From the NCBI RefSeq assembly GCF_050870985.1, contig NZ_CP194015.1, forward strand, positions 1,941,407-2,005,406: a stretch of DNA of 64,000 bases, given 5' to 3'. Under the pieces are notes generated by a model. It was not told the DNA's origin. It saw only the letters and a list, made by a program, of their open reading frames with translations, and did no database searches. Shown piece after piece: positions 43,638 through 51,512 of this stretch. Position 1 is the stretch's first letter. Every line of letters starts with the position of its first letter. The position numbers were made by a program, and so were the translations under genes. The DNA is from Amphritea sp. HPY (GTDB lineage: Bacteria; Pseudomonadota; Gammaproteobacteria; Pseudomonadales; Balneatricaceae).

Positions 43638-44582
43638 TTAATCACTTTTAGGGCTACCACCTCTTTTTTTCCAATTTATCATCGTGGCTATGCGCTTAAT
43701 TGCTTCGCCTGAGAGTTTACTCGGGTGGTCTTTAAGCCACTTTTCTATGGCCTGTTTAGGTGACTTCTTGATTACTTTTTGGTCCTGAAAATATTCCCAA
43801 GCTTCAATGGCTAAATCTAACTCTTGGCTATACCTCGCGTTTTCAGGATTCAAGTATTCCGGTTTGTGGTTTATTTCTGGAAGACTTGCCTGCTCTACAA
43901 ACCTTTTTAGTTCCTCGTCATAGTCAAACCTTTTCGATTCTAGCCACTTCAAGAATGATTTTGGCTGGTTATGAGGCTCATTAAGTTCACCTACCTCAAT
44001 GCTTCTGGATGCAACGTGAAAACGCTCCATATATTGATCTGGCACGCTAAATCCGTAACCAAACTCGTCCTCCATATTTTCCAATTTTATAGTGTAAGGA
44101 TTTAAGCCTAATGAAAGACAAATCCCCTCCTCAACAGACCAGTACGACATGCGGCTCCAAAGCTCATATTTTGCTCTATTCACTGGAATATTCCACCATT
44201 CCCGATAGGGCTTGAACTCTTCTAGTTCTTGTAATGTTTTTTCTCGTAAAGCGATGCAACGCTCAATAAGCTCCTTCCTCACCAGTGCGCTTAATTCCTC
44301 CTGAAAGCTGTCTTCATTAGACTCTTGCCCTTCGATGTCTTCTGCACTGCCATTTTTATCTACCAATCTGTAAGAAAGGATCCCGTTATTTAAGAATTCG
44401 GCCCGAAGCAGGATATCTCGAAGCGCTCGGTCAGATAACAGGTCAAGGTTCTCTAAAGTGCCTAGTCTTCGCCATAGGAAACGGTATTGCTCATTACATT
44501 CATCCAAGTCTTCTGGAATTTTTGGTCCTGGCTCTTCATTCATCTGTATGCTGCCTCGGGCCCCCTTCAGTAGAGATATCAA
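43638..44582 (-). CDS. Hypothetical island protein (orphan).
   Basis: 314 aa, acidic/charged, no recognisable motifs. Sits between the integrase and alpA. Confidence 0.4.
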   Translation of the reverse strand: MISLLKGARGSIQMNEEPGPKIPEDLDECNEQYRFLWRRLGTLENLDLLSDRALRDILLRAEFLNNGILSYRLVDKNGSAEDIEGQESNEDSFQEELSALVRKELIERCIALREKTLQELEEFKPYREWWNIPVNRAKYELWSRMSYWSVEEGICLSLGLNPYTIKLENMEDEFGYGFSVPDQYMERFHVASRSIEVGELNEPHNQPKSFLKWLESKRFDYDEELKRFVEQASLPEINHKPEYLNPENARYSQELDLAIEAWEYFQDQKVIKKSPKQAIEKWLKDHPSKLSGEAIKRIATMINWKKRGGSPKSD

Positions 44583-44638
44583 ATCAGGCCATGATAATGA
44601 CGACTATTCGGAACATATCCTCAACTTGCTAAAACCAG

Positions 44639-45946
44639 TCAGTGTTTATTAATTGGCACCACGTTGCTGACCTTGTCTTCATTCTCCAAAATATTTTCAA
44701 GCGTCGTAGCCCACTGGTCCAAGTAGCGCCTTTTCTGCTTAATATAGCCACTATTGATGTAAACCTCGGTCACATCACCAAAGCTATGATTGAGTACTGC
44801 TTTTATATCCTCCCGTCGCACTTCTTCATTACTTAACATTGTAGCTACAGTGCGTCGAAGGTCATGGGGCGTGAATCCTTTATCTTGATCAATGCCTAAC
44901 TTATCGAAGTCTCTGCGAAGTAGATTTGTGACTGTTTGGGGCGCTATATGGTTGTTAGGATTACGCGGAGCAGGGACCAAATATGGGGATCCAGCAGACA
45001 ATTCCTTCATCTTCTCCAAAGTACAGATCGCTAACGATGATAATGGAACAATATTGGATCCTTTCCTATTTTTTACGCTCGCCCTGGGAATTGTTAAGGT
45101 TTTCTGATCCCAGTCGATCCAGTCCCATCGTGCTGTAACAATTTCACTACGTCTTTGGGCAGTCACTAATAACAGTTTGAGAGCCAGTTGAACTAGAGGC
45201 GGTATGCTTGTCTTTTCTAAACCAAACCAAAAACATCGTATCTCCGCTTCCGAAAGTGTCCGCTCTACGGGGATATACTGATAATCGGTAGATACATCTG
45301 TACACGGATTCTGGCCAATATACTCTTCGTCTAATGCAAACCGCATGAGGGCTTTCAGTCTCTGCAGTACGTTGTTTGCTACTTTGTCGCCATGCTTGTT
45401 AGAGATGCCACGAATGAATGTCCTAACATCTACTCGTTGAATGTCAGTGACCAATGCATCTGTCCAATAGGGGCGTATGTGCTTTTCGATAGTCCATCGG
45501 TATTGTTTCAGGGTGTCTTTAGATAGGTGTTTGCCGCCTTTACCCTTTTCTGCAGCCATTTGCCGCTTTTCATGATGATTGTAGTACTCTTCAATTAGTC
45601 TTCTCATAGATGGTTTACGAGCCATCTGTAGCTTTTGGTGAGCAGCTTCTGCTTTGGCTTGTTGTCTTTCTTGTATGGGATCGCTTTTGTTAGCCAGTAT
45701 GCTTCGTGCAATACCTCGTGCCTTTTCCACAGCTAACACATCAACTTTGCCAATCCTGGAAAATTTCATTCTAGGATTACCTTCTGGTCGATACCCTACG
45801 ACATAGGACTTTTTACCACTGGGGTAGAGCCGCACGCCGAACCCAGCTAACTTGCCATCCCAGATATATTGGACGCTCGGGCCTTCTGGATCATATGTTG
45901 CGGACTCAATTAATGCCTTGGTGAGATTATCTTTCTTCTTGGACAT
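44639..45946 (-). CDS. int: Tyrosine-type site-specific integrase (P4-like, with an N-terminal arm-binding DUF4102-type domain).
   Basis: 435 aa. N-terminal YIWDGKLAGFGVRLYPSGKKSYVVGYR. C-terminal catalytic region ..HDLRRT..., ..LNHSFGDVTEVYI... Confidence 0.9.
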   Translation of the reverse strand: MSKKKDNLTKALIESATYDPEGPSVQYIWDGKLAGFGVRLYPSGKKSYVVGYRPEGNPRMKFSRIGKVDVLAVEKARGIARSILANKSDPIQERQQAKAEAAHQKLQMARKPSMRRLIEEYYNHHEKRQMAAEKGKGGKHLSKDTLKQYRWTIEKHIRPYWTDALVTDIQRVDVRTFIRGISNKHGDKVANNVLQRLKALMRFALDEEYIGQNPCTDVSTDYQYIPVERTLSEAEIRCFWFGLEKTSIPPLVQLALKLLLVTAQRRSEIVTARWDWIDWDQKTLTIPRASVKNRKGSNIVPLSSLAICTLEKMKELSAGSPYLVPAPRNPNNHIAPQTVTNLLRRDFDKLGIDQDKGFTPHDLRRTVATMLSNEEVRREDIKAVLNHSFGDVTEVYINSGYIKQKRRYLDQWATTLENILENEDKVSNVVPINKH

Positions 45947-45969
45947 ACAGCTACCAATTGATCAACCGA

Positions 45970-45990
45970 AAAGTAAGCAATAAGTAAGCA
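45970..45990. repeat. attR-like direct repeat of the island, followed by extra AAGTAAGCA-like motifs.
   Basis: Exact 21-mer shared with 26465-26485. AAGTAAGCA-like motifs recur at 46006 and about 46065. Confidence 0.55.
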
Positions 45991-46130
45991 GATTGGATGA
46001 AGAAGTAAGCAAACAGGAATAAGCAGCAAGAAATCAAACTTACTTAACGTGCTGTATATTAAGAATAGATGTGAAAGCAAGTAAGCGCAAAGAATCAACT
46101 TTACATACTACCCGAATATGTAAAAGAGCA

Positions 46131-46200
46131 GTGGCTAGACCGCCGCTGCGCGGCTCGCTAGAACGGAAAGCAAGCTTTCCTGCTAGTGGCTAGAAAAAGC
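46131..46200. repeat. Left copy of a roughly 70-bp inverted repeat pair bracketing the caspase cassette.
   Basis: GTGGCTAGACCGCCGCTGCGCGGCTCGCTAGAACGGAAAGCAAGCTTTCCTGCTAGTGGCTAGAAAAAGC. Its reverse complement is found at 49561-49632 with about 90% identity. It contains internal hairpins (GGAAAGC..GCTTTCC, GCCGC-TGC-GCGGC). Confidence 0.8.
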
Positions 46201-46358
46201 AACTTCAAAAACATAAAACCGCCTGCAGGCGGTTTTCTTTATTATGGGAGTCATGACGCCCTAATAATGTGCAAAAAATTGGTTGCTAAAATGTTGAGGA
46301 ACGAAAACAGCAAACCGTTTTTTATCCTTATTAATTAGCTTGTTATGCCGAATTCCAC

Positions 46359-46934
46359 TTATTTAGGCTTCTCTTCGTGAACAAGCATGTTCATGAATTT
46401 TGCAAACCGCCTTAGTCTGGTTTCGGGTTTCTTTGCACTTATCAATCCGTACGCGATAACATAACGACTCGATTTATTAAGAGTTTCAAAAAACTCTTTT
46501 ACATTCGGCTTGCTCTCCAGAGCTGCCAGGAAATCCGCAGGCACTTCCATTTCACTTACCACATAGGCTTTTTCCCAACGACCGTCAGCTTTTGCAGCAC
46601 GAATATGCACGAGCCCTGATTCCATCATCCGCCCCTCACTTATCAAACGTTCCGCATGTTCTGTGTTCCTTTTAGACCAGTTGCTTCGCTTTTTTCTGGG
46701 AGTAATGCGCTGAAGATAGGCTTGATCATCGATTGACCTCTTAACACCGTCGATCCAACCCCAGCATAGAGCCTCGATCACGACATCATTCCAAGTTACG
46801 CTCTGAATTCCAGTATTTTTCTTGTATATCTTCACCCATAGTTCACTTTCACAGGCGTGATTCACCTTGAGCCACTGGCCGAGACCTTTCGATGATTCAA
46901 ATGTCATAATTCTCAATGGATCTGGTTCAGGCAT
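46359..46934 (-). CDS. YdeI/OmpD-associated family protein.
   Basis: 191 aa. Resembles the YdeI-like (DUF1801-type) family. Confidence 0.5.
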   Translation of the reverse strand: MPEPDPLRIMTFESSKGLGQWLKVNHACESELWVKIYKKNTGIQSVTWNDVVIEALCWGWIDGVKRSIDDQAYLQRITPRKKRSNWSKRNTEHAERLISEGRMMESGLVHIRAAKADGRWEKAYVVSEMEVPADFLAALESKPNVKEFFETLNKSSRYVIAYGLISAKKPETRLRRFAKFMNMLVHEEKPK

Positions 46935-47012
46935 CTAATTAGATTCTCTTCGGCATAACGCCTAAAGCAGCGGGCGCACGTTAGTGCGTCCGACTGCCTT
47001 TTTTTGTTATGC

Positions 47013-47519
47013 CTATTTAGTGGTCTTAAGCTCAAAGTTACCACCTATTTTAACTGAAGCTTCTCTTTGGGATTTTATATAGTAGTCAGCGTCTAGCGGT
47101 GACTGACGACCTAAAACCTTACTTGAGCATTTTCCACACTTATGGGTAGGGTCTTCATTGGACCAGGCCAGCAATGGGAATAAGTCTTTTGATTGTGCCC
47201 AGCACGTTGGACAATGTGGACTGCCTGTAGGGTCACCATCGTCATTGACGTAATAGCGGGCACCAAGAAAGCCAACAGTTTCTCCTTGCGTTTTTATCTT
47301 TTCCTCTAATGATGAGATCGTTTCATCTTTATCAATCAAATCCAATTTGATATTTGCAACATCCACTTTTGCATCAGCTAGTGCTCCTAGCAATTCAGCC
47401 ATATGGAGTTTAACTTCGGCCTGCTCTAGGCTAGACCCGCTGTCTTTAATAAGGCGAGCGATTTCGGTTGCAGTCTTAATACTTCCCAGTGCTGCGCCAA
47501 TGGTTGCTAAATCTGGCAT
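47013..47519 (-). CDS. Coiled-coil protein with a C-terminal CxxC...CxxC zinc ribbon.
   Basis: AAGGAG RBS 7 nt before ATG 47519 (MPDLATIGAALGSIK...). CPTCWAQ....CGKCSS zinc ribbon. No family assigned. Confidence 0.45.
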   Translation of the reverse strand: MPDLATIGAALGSIKTATEIARLIKDSGSSLEQAEVKLHMAELLGALADAKVDVANIKLDLIDKDETISSLEEKIKTQGETVGFLGARYYVNDDGDPTGSPHCPTCWAQSKDLFPLLAWSNEDPTHKCGKCSSKVLGRQSPLDADYYIKSQREASVKIGGNFELKTTK

Positions 47520-47627
47520 CCTATCTCCTTGGGGGCATAACGCCTCGTTAAGAGGCGATAAATTGTTGGCTAAAATTAGCGACGAAGGAGCAAAAGCCAA
47601 CTGTTTTTTGTCCTTTTAAACGACTTG

Positions 47628-49097
47628 TTAACTGCGCTTTACTGAGTGCCAATAAGGAAATTTTAGTTTGGAACTTTCATCAATATCAATACTGGACTGT
47701 AAAGATATATATTTTTTGGGAATCATCATCTCCATGGAAAGTTTATCCATGAATGTATCATAACGCATTGAGTCAAAGGATACTTTTCCGTCCAAAGTGT
47801 ACTTCTCCCAGCCTTTTTCACCATACAGTATATTTTCACCATCAAAATAAACTTCTTTGATAAGAATGCTTCCTTTTTTGTTCTCTTTAACCGTTAACTC
47901 TATCGCTGCATCTTCAATTGATTTCCCCGGTATTATGTAGAAACTATTACTGAATGGTAATAGTAATTCAGCCATAAAATCAAAGGCGGGTTTAAATTCA
48001 GGATGGATATCTAAGTCAAAAATAGTGTTGAACATTGTGACTTTAAAGGAGTCCCTAAAGTCACCTTTAGAATTAAAAAATATTTCAAACAGCATTCCTT
48101 CAAGAATGCAAATCTGCTTGGCGATTGGTATTCCATTTACTTTTGATTTGAAGTTATTCAAGTACTCAATGGCACTACCTGAATCACCGCATGCAGCTTG
48201 ATAAATGTTTCTTCCCAACACAAATAACGTATCATCATCGGACTTTGAAATTATAATGGACGACAAGCTATTAATCGCAGGGTTTTGCGTATACCAGTTA
48301 TGACTCTTCAATTTTGAAATTATTTTATGGCAGGCAATAGTCGAATCTAATACGTAAAGCTCATCAGCTATAGCCAATTTGCTATATTTATCAATTCTAT
48401 TCCCAAGACTTAAATTAAAATAAAAATCACCCGTTAGAGATGTATGCTCCCATGAGGTTTGCTTTCCTTGGGTAACAACTGATAAAGAGTTTCTAACTTT
48501 TTTAAACACATCTTCGATTGTTATATCTGGCTTATTTATATGTTTTAATAACGATTCAGTATAGGCGCCATTATTCCCAAGGCCGTCGGAAGCTATCTCC
48601 CCTGGAGATGTTGAATAAGCAATAAGAGTTCCTTTTGGAGCAAACATAGGCGCTAATGAACTCGCTTTTGCGGATCTAGCCCAACCTTTTTCGCAAGGGT
48701 TATCCCTGCAAGCGTCAAGAATGACAAGATTAGTCTTATTGGAGCAAGAGTCCATTGCTTCAATCAAGCGATTCAAAGGGTAAGATGTATACCTTACGGA
48801 GGACTCATCGATAAAGGATGAGTTAATAGCTGTTATATAATTTTCACCATCAATTTGTATACCGTGACCAGCAAAATAGAATAACCCCACATCATTGCTA
48901 TTTAGACTGTCTTTAAACGATGATACTGCTCTATCTAGATCCTCTATATTACAATCTACGTGTTTTATAACCGTGAATCCAAGTTTATCCAATGCCGTAG
49001 CCATGTCATTAGCATCATTTACAGCATTGATTAGTTTTGTTATGCCATTTTGATATTCGCCATTTCCGACTATCAAAGCAATCATTTTTCTATTCAT
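47628..49097 (-). CDS. Caspase (peptidase C14) domain protein with an uncharacterised ~270-aa C-terminal domain.
   Basis: N-terminal IALIVGNGEYQNGITKLINAVNDANDMATAL...FYFAGHGIQIDGENY...LVILDACRDNP carries the catalytic His in AGHG and the catalytic Cys in DACR. AT-rich coding sequence. Confidence 0.7.
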   Translation of the reverse strand: MNRKMIALIVGNGEYQNGITKLINAVNDANDMATALDKLGFTVIKHVDCNIEDLDRAVSSFKDSLNSNDVGLFYFAGHGIQIDGENYITAINSSFIDESSVRYTSYPLNRLIEAMDSCSNKTNLVILDACRDNPCEKGWARSAKASSLAPMFAPKGTLIAYSTSPGEIASDGLGNNGAYTESLLKHINKPDITIEDVFKKVRNSLSVVTQGKQTSWEHTSLTGDFYFNLSLGNRIDKYSKLAIADELYVLDSTIACHKIISKLKSHNWYTQNPAINSLSSIIISKSDDDTLFVLGRNIYQAACGDSGSAIEYLNNFKSKVNGIPIAKQICILEGMLFEIFFNSKGDFRDSFKVTMFNTIFDLDIHPEFKPAFDFMAELLLPFSNSFYIIPGKSIEDAAIELTVKENKKGSILIKEVYFDGENILYGEKGWEKYTLDGKVSFDSMRYDTFMDKLSMEMMIPKKYISLQSSIDIDESSKLKFPYWHSVKRS

Positions 49098-49144
49098 ACA
49101 TCCCTACAGCTTGAAGAACACGAAAGCAGTTAACATTTTAATTG

Positions 49145-49363
49145 TGCGCATGCGCATATGTACGGAGTGAATGACTCTGATAGATAGCAATAACTATTTG
49201 ATACTAAAGGTCTGTTGAGCAAAATCCATCTCCGGTGATTCCATGAAAACGCGCATGCGCGTTATTCTTTTTGCGTTGCGCATAAGTTCCGATGCGCAAT
49301 TTCGTAACCCTCTGATACTAGTTACTTTTCTGCAGAACTGCCAGATGCAAATACGCATGCGCT
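49145..49363. promoter_or_regulatory. Cluster of GCGCATGCGC-type palindromes upstream of the caspase gene. Putative operator array.
   Basis: TGCGCATGCGCA at 49145-49156. AACGCGCATGCGCGTT, a perfect 16-bp palindrome, at 49249-49264. TGCGCA half-sites at about 49277 and 49293. ACGCATGCGCT at 49353-49363. Confidence 0.4.
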
Positions 49364-49560
49364 CCGTGCAAACACGCAATAACTGTCGTGAATCAAAACT
49401 TAACTGTATACCCGCTCAGGAATCATGATGGCCGCAAGAGAGCGACTTAAGAAGAGCTTCCGAGCCATGAATCTCAGCTTGTTGGGCTTCGTTTCACTCA
49501 AACCAACCTACAGTTCTTACGGAGTGAAATGTTTAAATTGGCAGACTGTTTCTTAAGAAG

Positions 49561-49632
49561 GCTTTTACGCTTTTTCTAGCCACTAGCAGGAAAGCTTGCT
49601 TTCCGTTCTAGCGAGCCGCGTAGCGGCGTTCT
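49561..49632. repeat. Right copy of the inverted repeat pair bracketing the caspase cassette.
   Basis: Reverse complement of the 46131-46200 element. Confidence 0.8.
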
Positions 49633-49681
49633 AGCTAGTCGAACTTGTTCGACGGTCTAACGGCTATCCCTCTACAGCCTT

Positions 49682-50944
49682 TCAGCCTTCTACCACCTGC
49701 TCTTTACAGATCACGTATCCATTTTTACCGTTACGTTTTGCATCGTACATCGCTTCATCCGCATAGGCTTTGAGGGTATCAAAATCATTGCCGTGCTGGC
49801 CGTATACGGCGACCCCCATACTCAGGGTCGCCTTGCGAATTTCGCCATTGATCAGGAAAGGACGGTTAAACTGCTTAACGATACGTTCGGCGATACTGAC
49901 TACCTCTTCATCCTCTTCCAGCACCATCAGCATGATAAATTCATCTCCGCCAAAGCGCGCCACGGTGTCCATATCCCGGCATTCAATCGCTAAGCGCTCC
50001 GAAACTTTGATCAGCAGCTCGTCGCCGGCAGAGTGGCCCATGGTATCGTTAATCTGCTTAAAGCCATCCAGATCGATAAACAACAGGGCAACCTTGCCTC
50101 CCCGACGCTCCTGATGTGCCATCGCTTTCTTCAGGCGATCTTCAAACAGAGTACGGTTGGGCAGTCCGGTCAGGCCATCGTAAAACGCCTGTGCAGCAAG
50201 CTTTTGATTCAGATTTTCTAGTTCCTGAGTACGCTTTTTAACTTCCGCTTCGAGCATCTGATCACGGCTTTCGATCTGTTCCAGCATGCCATTGAACACC
50301 GTCGCCAGATCACCGATCTCGTCATTTTCCCGAACCCTCGCCCTTAACGAGTAGTTTCCCAGGTCTTTAACTTCGCGCGCCACGTTAGACAGATGCACGA
50401 TAGGACCCGACAGTTGCTTTTGCAGCCAGAACGAAAGGGCCAGGGAGAACATCACCGAACCAATCAGTACAAATATCGCGACCGCAAGGTAGATCTCGAT
50501 CTGACTGTAGAAAGAGGCTTTATCTCCCACCAGCAGCAAGCGGCCTACTCTCTGGCGATCAAGATACAACTCGCGCTCGATAACCACGTAATTGCTATAC
50601 AAGGTTCCGATATCAATCTGATCAAAACTCTGATCACCGTAGCTGGCCATCACTTCGCCAGTGATATCTGTCACTCTGGCAAAGCGGATGCTCATATCCG
50701 CGTTAAGGATGTTAATCAATTCGCCGGTGGCATCCTTATCATCAAAGGCGACTGCCGCGGTGATGTTTTCAGCCACGACTTCGCCTAGTAGCGTGACCCG
50801 TTCACGCAGCTGACGTTCAGCCGAATAATACTCATTCATGGTAAACATCGCGGTAGCAAAGATTATAGATACCGTACTGATCAGCATGATCAGCGCGACA
50901 AATTTCTGCGCAATCGTCAGTCGGGAGAACAATGATTTAATCAT
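49682..50944 (-). CDS. Membrane-bound diguanylate cyclase, YfiN/TpbB-like (periplasmic sensor, HAMP, GGDEF).
   Basis: Two TM helices, a HAMP domain, and the GGDEF active site RFGGDEF. Start taken at MIKSLF.., overlapping the upstream gene by 8 nt. Confidence 0.85.
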   Translation of the reverse strand: MIKSLFSRLTIAQKFVALIMLISTVSIIFATAMFTMNEYYSAERQLRERVTLLGEVVAENITAAVAFDDKDATGELINILNADMSIRFARVTDITGEVMASYGDQSFDQIDIGTLYSNYVVIERELYLDRQRVGRLLLVGDKASFYSQIEIYLAVAIFVLIGSVMFSLALSFWLQKQLSGPIVHLSNVAREVKDLGNYSLRARVRENDEIGDLATVFNGMLEQIESRDQMLEAEVKKRTQELENLNQKLAAQAFYDGLTGLPNRTLFEDRLKKAMAHQERRGGKVALLFIDLDGFKQINDTMGHSAGDELLIKVSERLAIECRDMDTVARFGGDEFIMLMVLEEDEEVVSIAERIVKQFNRPFLINGEIRKATLSMGVAVYGQHGNDFDTLKAYADEAMYDAKRNGKNGYVICKEQVVEG

Positions 50945-51494
50945 TGGATGTCTCCTCATTCCGAATCAGCTTTGCCAGACGCAGCAATCGTGAACTGATT
51001 TTCAGACCCGAGTTCTCCAATGAATCCAGATTAATTTCGAAGCGCAGCTTATTGCCCGCCAGAAAGAAGTTAATATTACCCACTTCATGGGCAAACCCAC
51101 GGCGTTCGCCGACGATCAGAATACCTTCAGCATCCACTTCAGAAAGATACTTAACCCAAAGGTCAGCCTCTTCCACCAGAATAAACAGCAGATCACACTG
51201 CCATTCTTCCCCTGGATCAACAGCGGTAAGCCGAATAGGCTTGTTTTCAACCTGTTTGCCTTTAAGCGCAGGACGGGCAATTTCAACGAACCGTTCACTG
51301 CTGGAACAAAACACAAACTCAGAGCTTTCCGTTTTACGGGTAATATCCGGCCACTGGGTATAGCTTATGAAGTTAGTCAGGAAAGCGATCTTGATCTGGT
51401 ATTCCCTGTCTCCGGGCGCAGCGATACTGCCGCTGATACCGCATAGCAGTATCAGCGTAGTCAGTAAAACCCTAAAACCCGATGATAGTTTCAA
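50937..51494 (-). CDS. YfiR-family (DUF4154) periplasmic protein.
   Basis: 185 aa with a signal peptide. Operonic with the YfiN-like diguanylate cyclase. Confidence 0.65.
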   Translation of the reverse strand: MKLSSGFRVLLTTLILLCGISGSIAAPGDREYQIKIAFLTNFISYTQWPDITRKTESSEFVFCSSSERFVEIARPALKGKQVENKPIRLTAVDPGEEWQCDLLFILVEEADLWVKYLSEVDAEGILIVGERRGFAHEVGNINFFLAGNKLRFEINLDSLENSGLKISSRLLRLAKLIRNEETSND

Positions 51495-51512
51495 CCGATC
51501 AATCTTCCTTTA

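Larger units (their letters stand above)
26465..45990. mobile_element. Integrated genomic island of about 19.5 kb, P4-type integrase class, bounded by 21-bp direct repeats.
   Basis: AAAGTAAGCAATAAGTAAGCA occurs at 26465-26485 and 45970-45990. An integrase gene sits 24 bp from the right copy. The island also carries AlpA and Prim-Pol genes. It is AT-richer than the flanks and rich in orphan secreted proteins. Confidence 0.7.

Noticed and set aside
46359-49097. Bacterial gasdermin + caspase system
   Set aside because: Neither neighbour of the caspase gene has the size or composition of a bacterial gasdermin (~240-270 aa, N-terminal pore-forming domain). One is a coiled-coil zinc-ribbon protein and the other is YdeI-like. 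The system is therefore left as unclassified.
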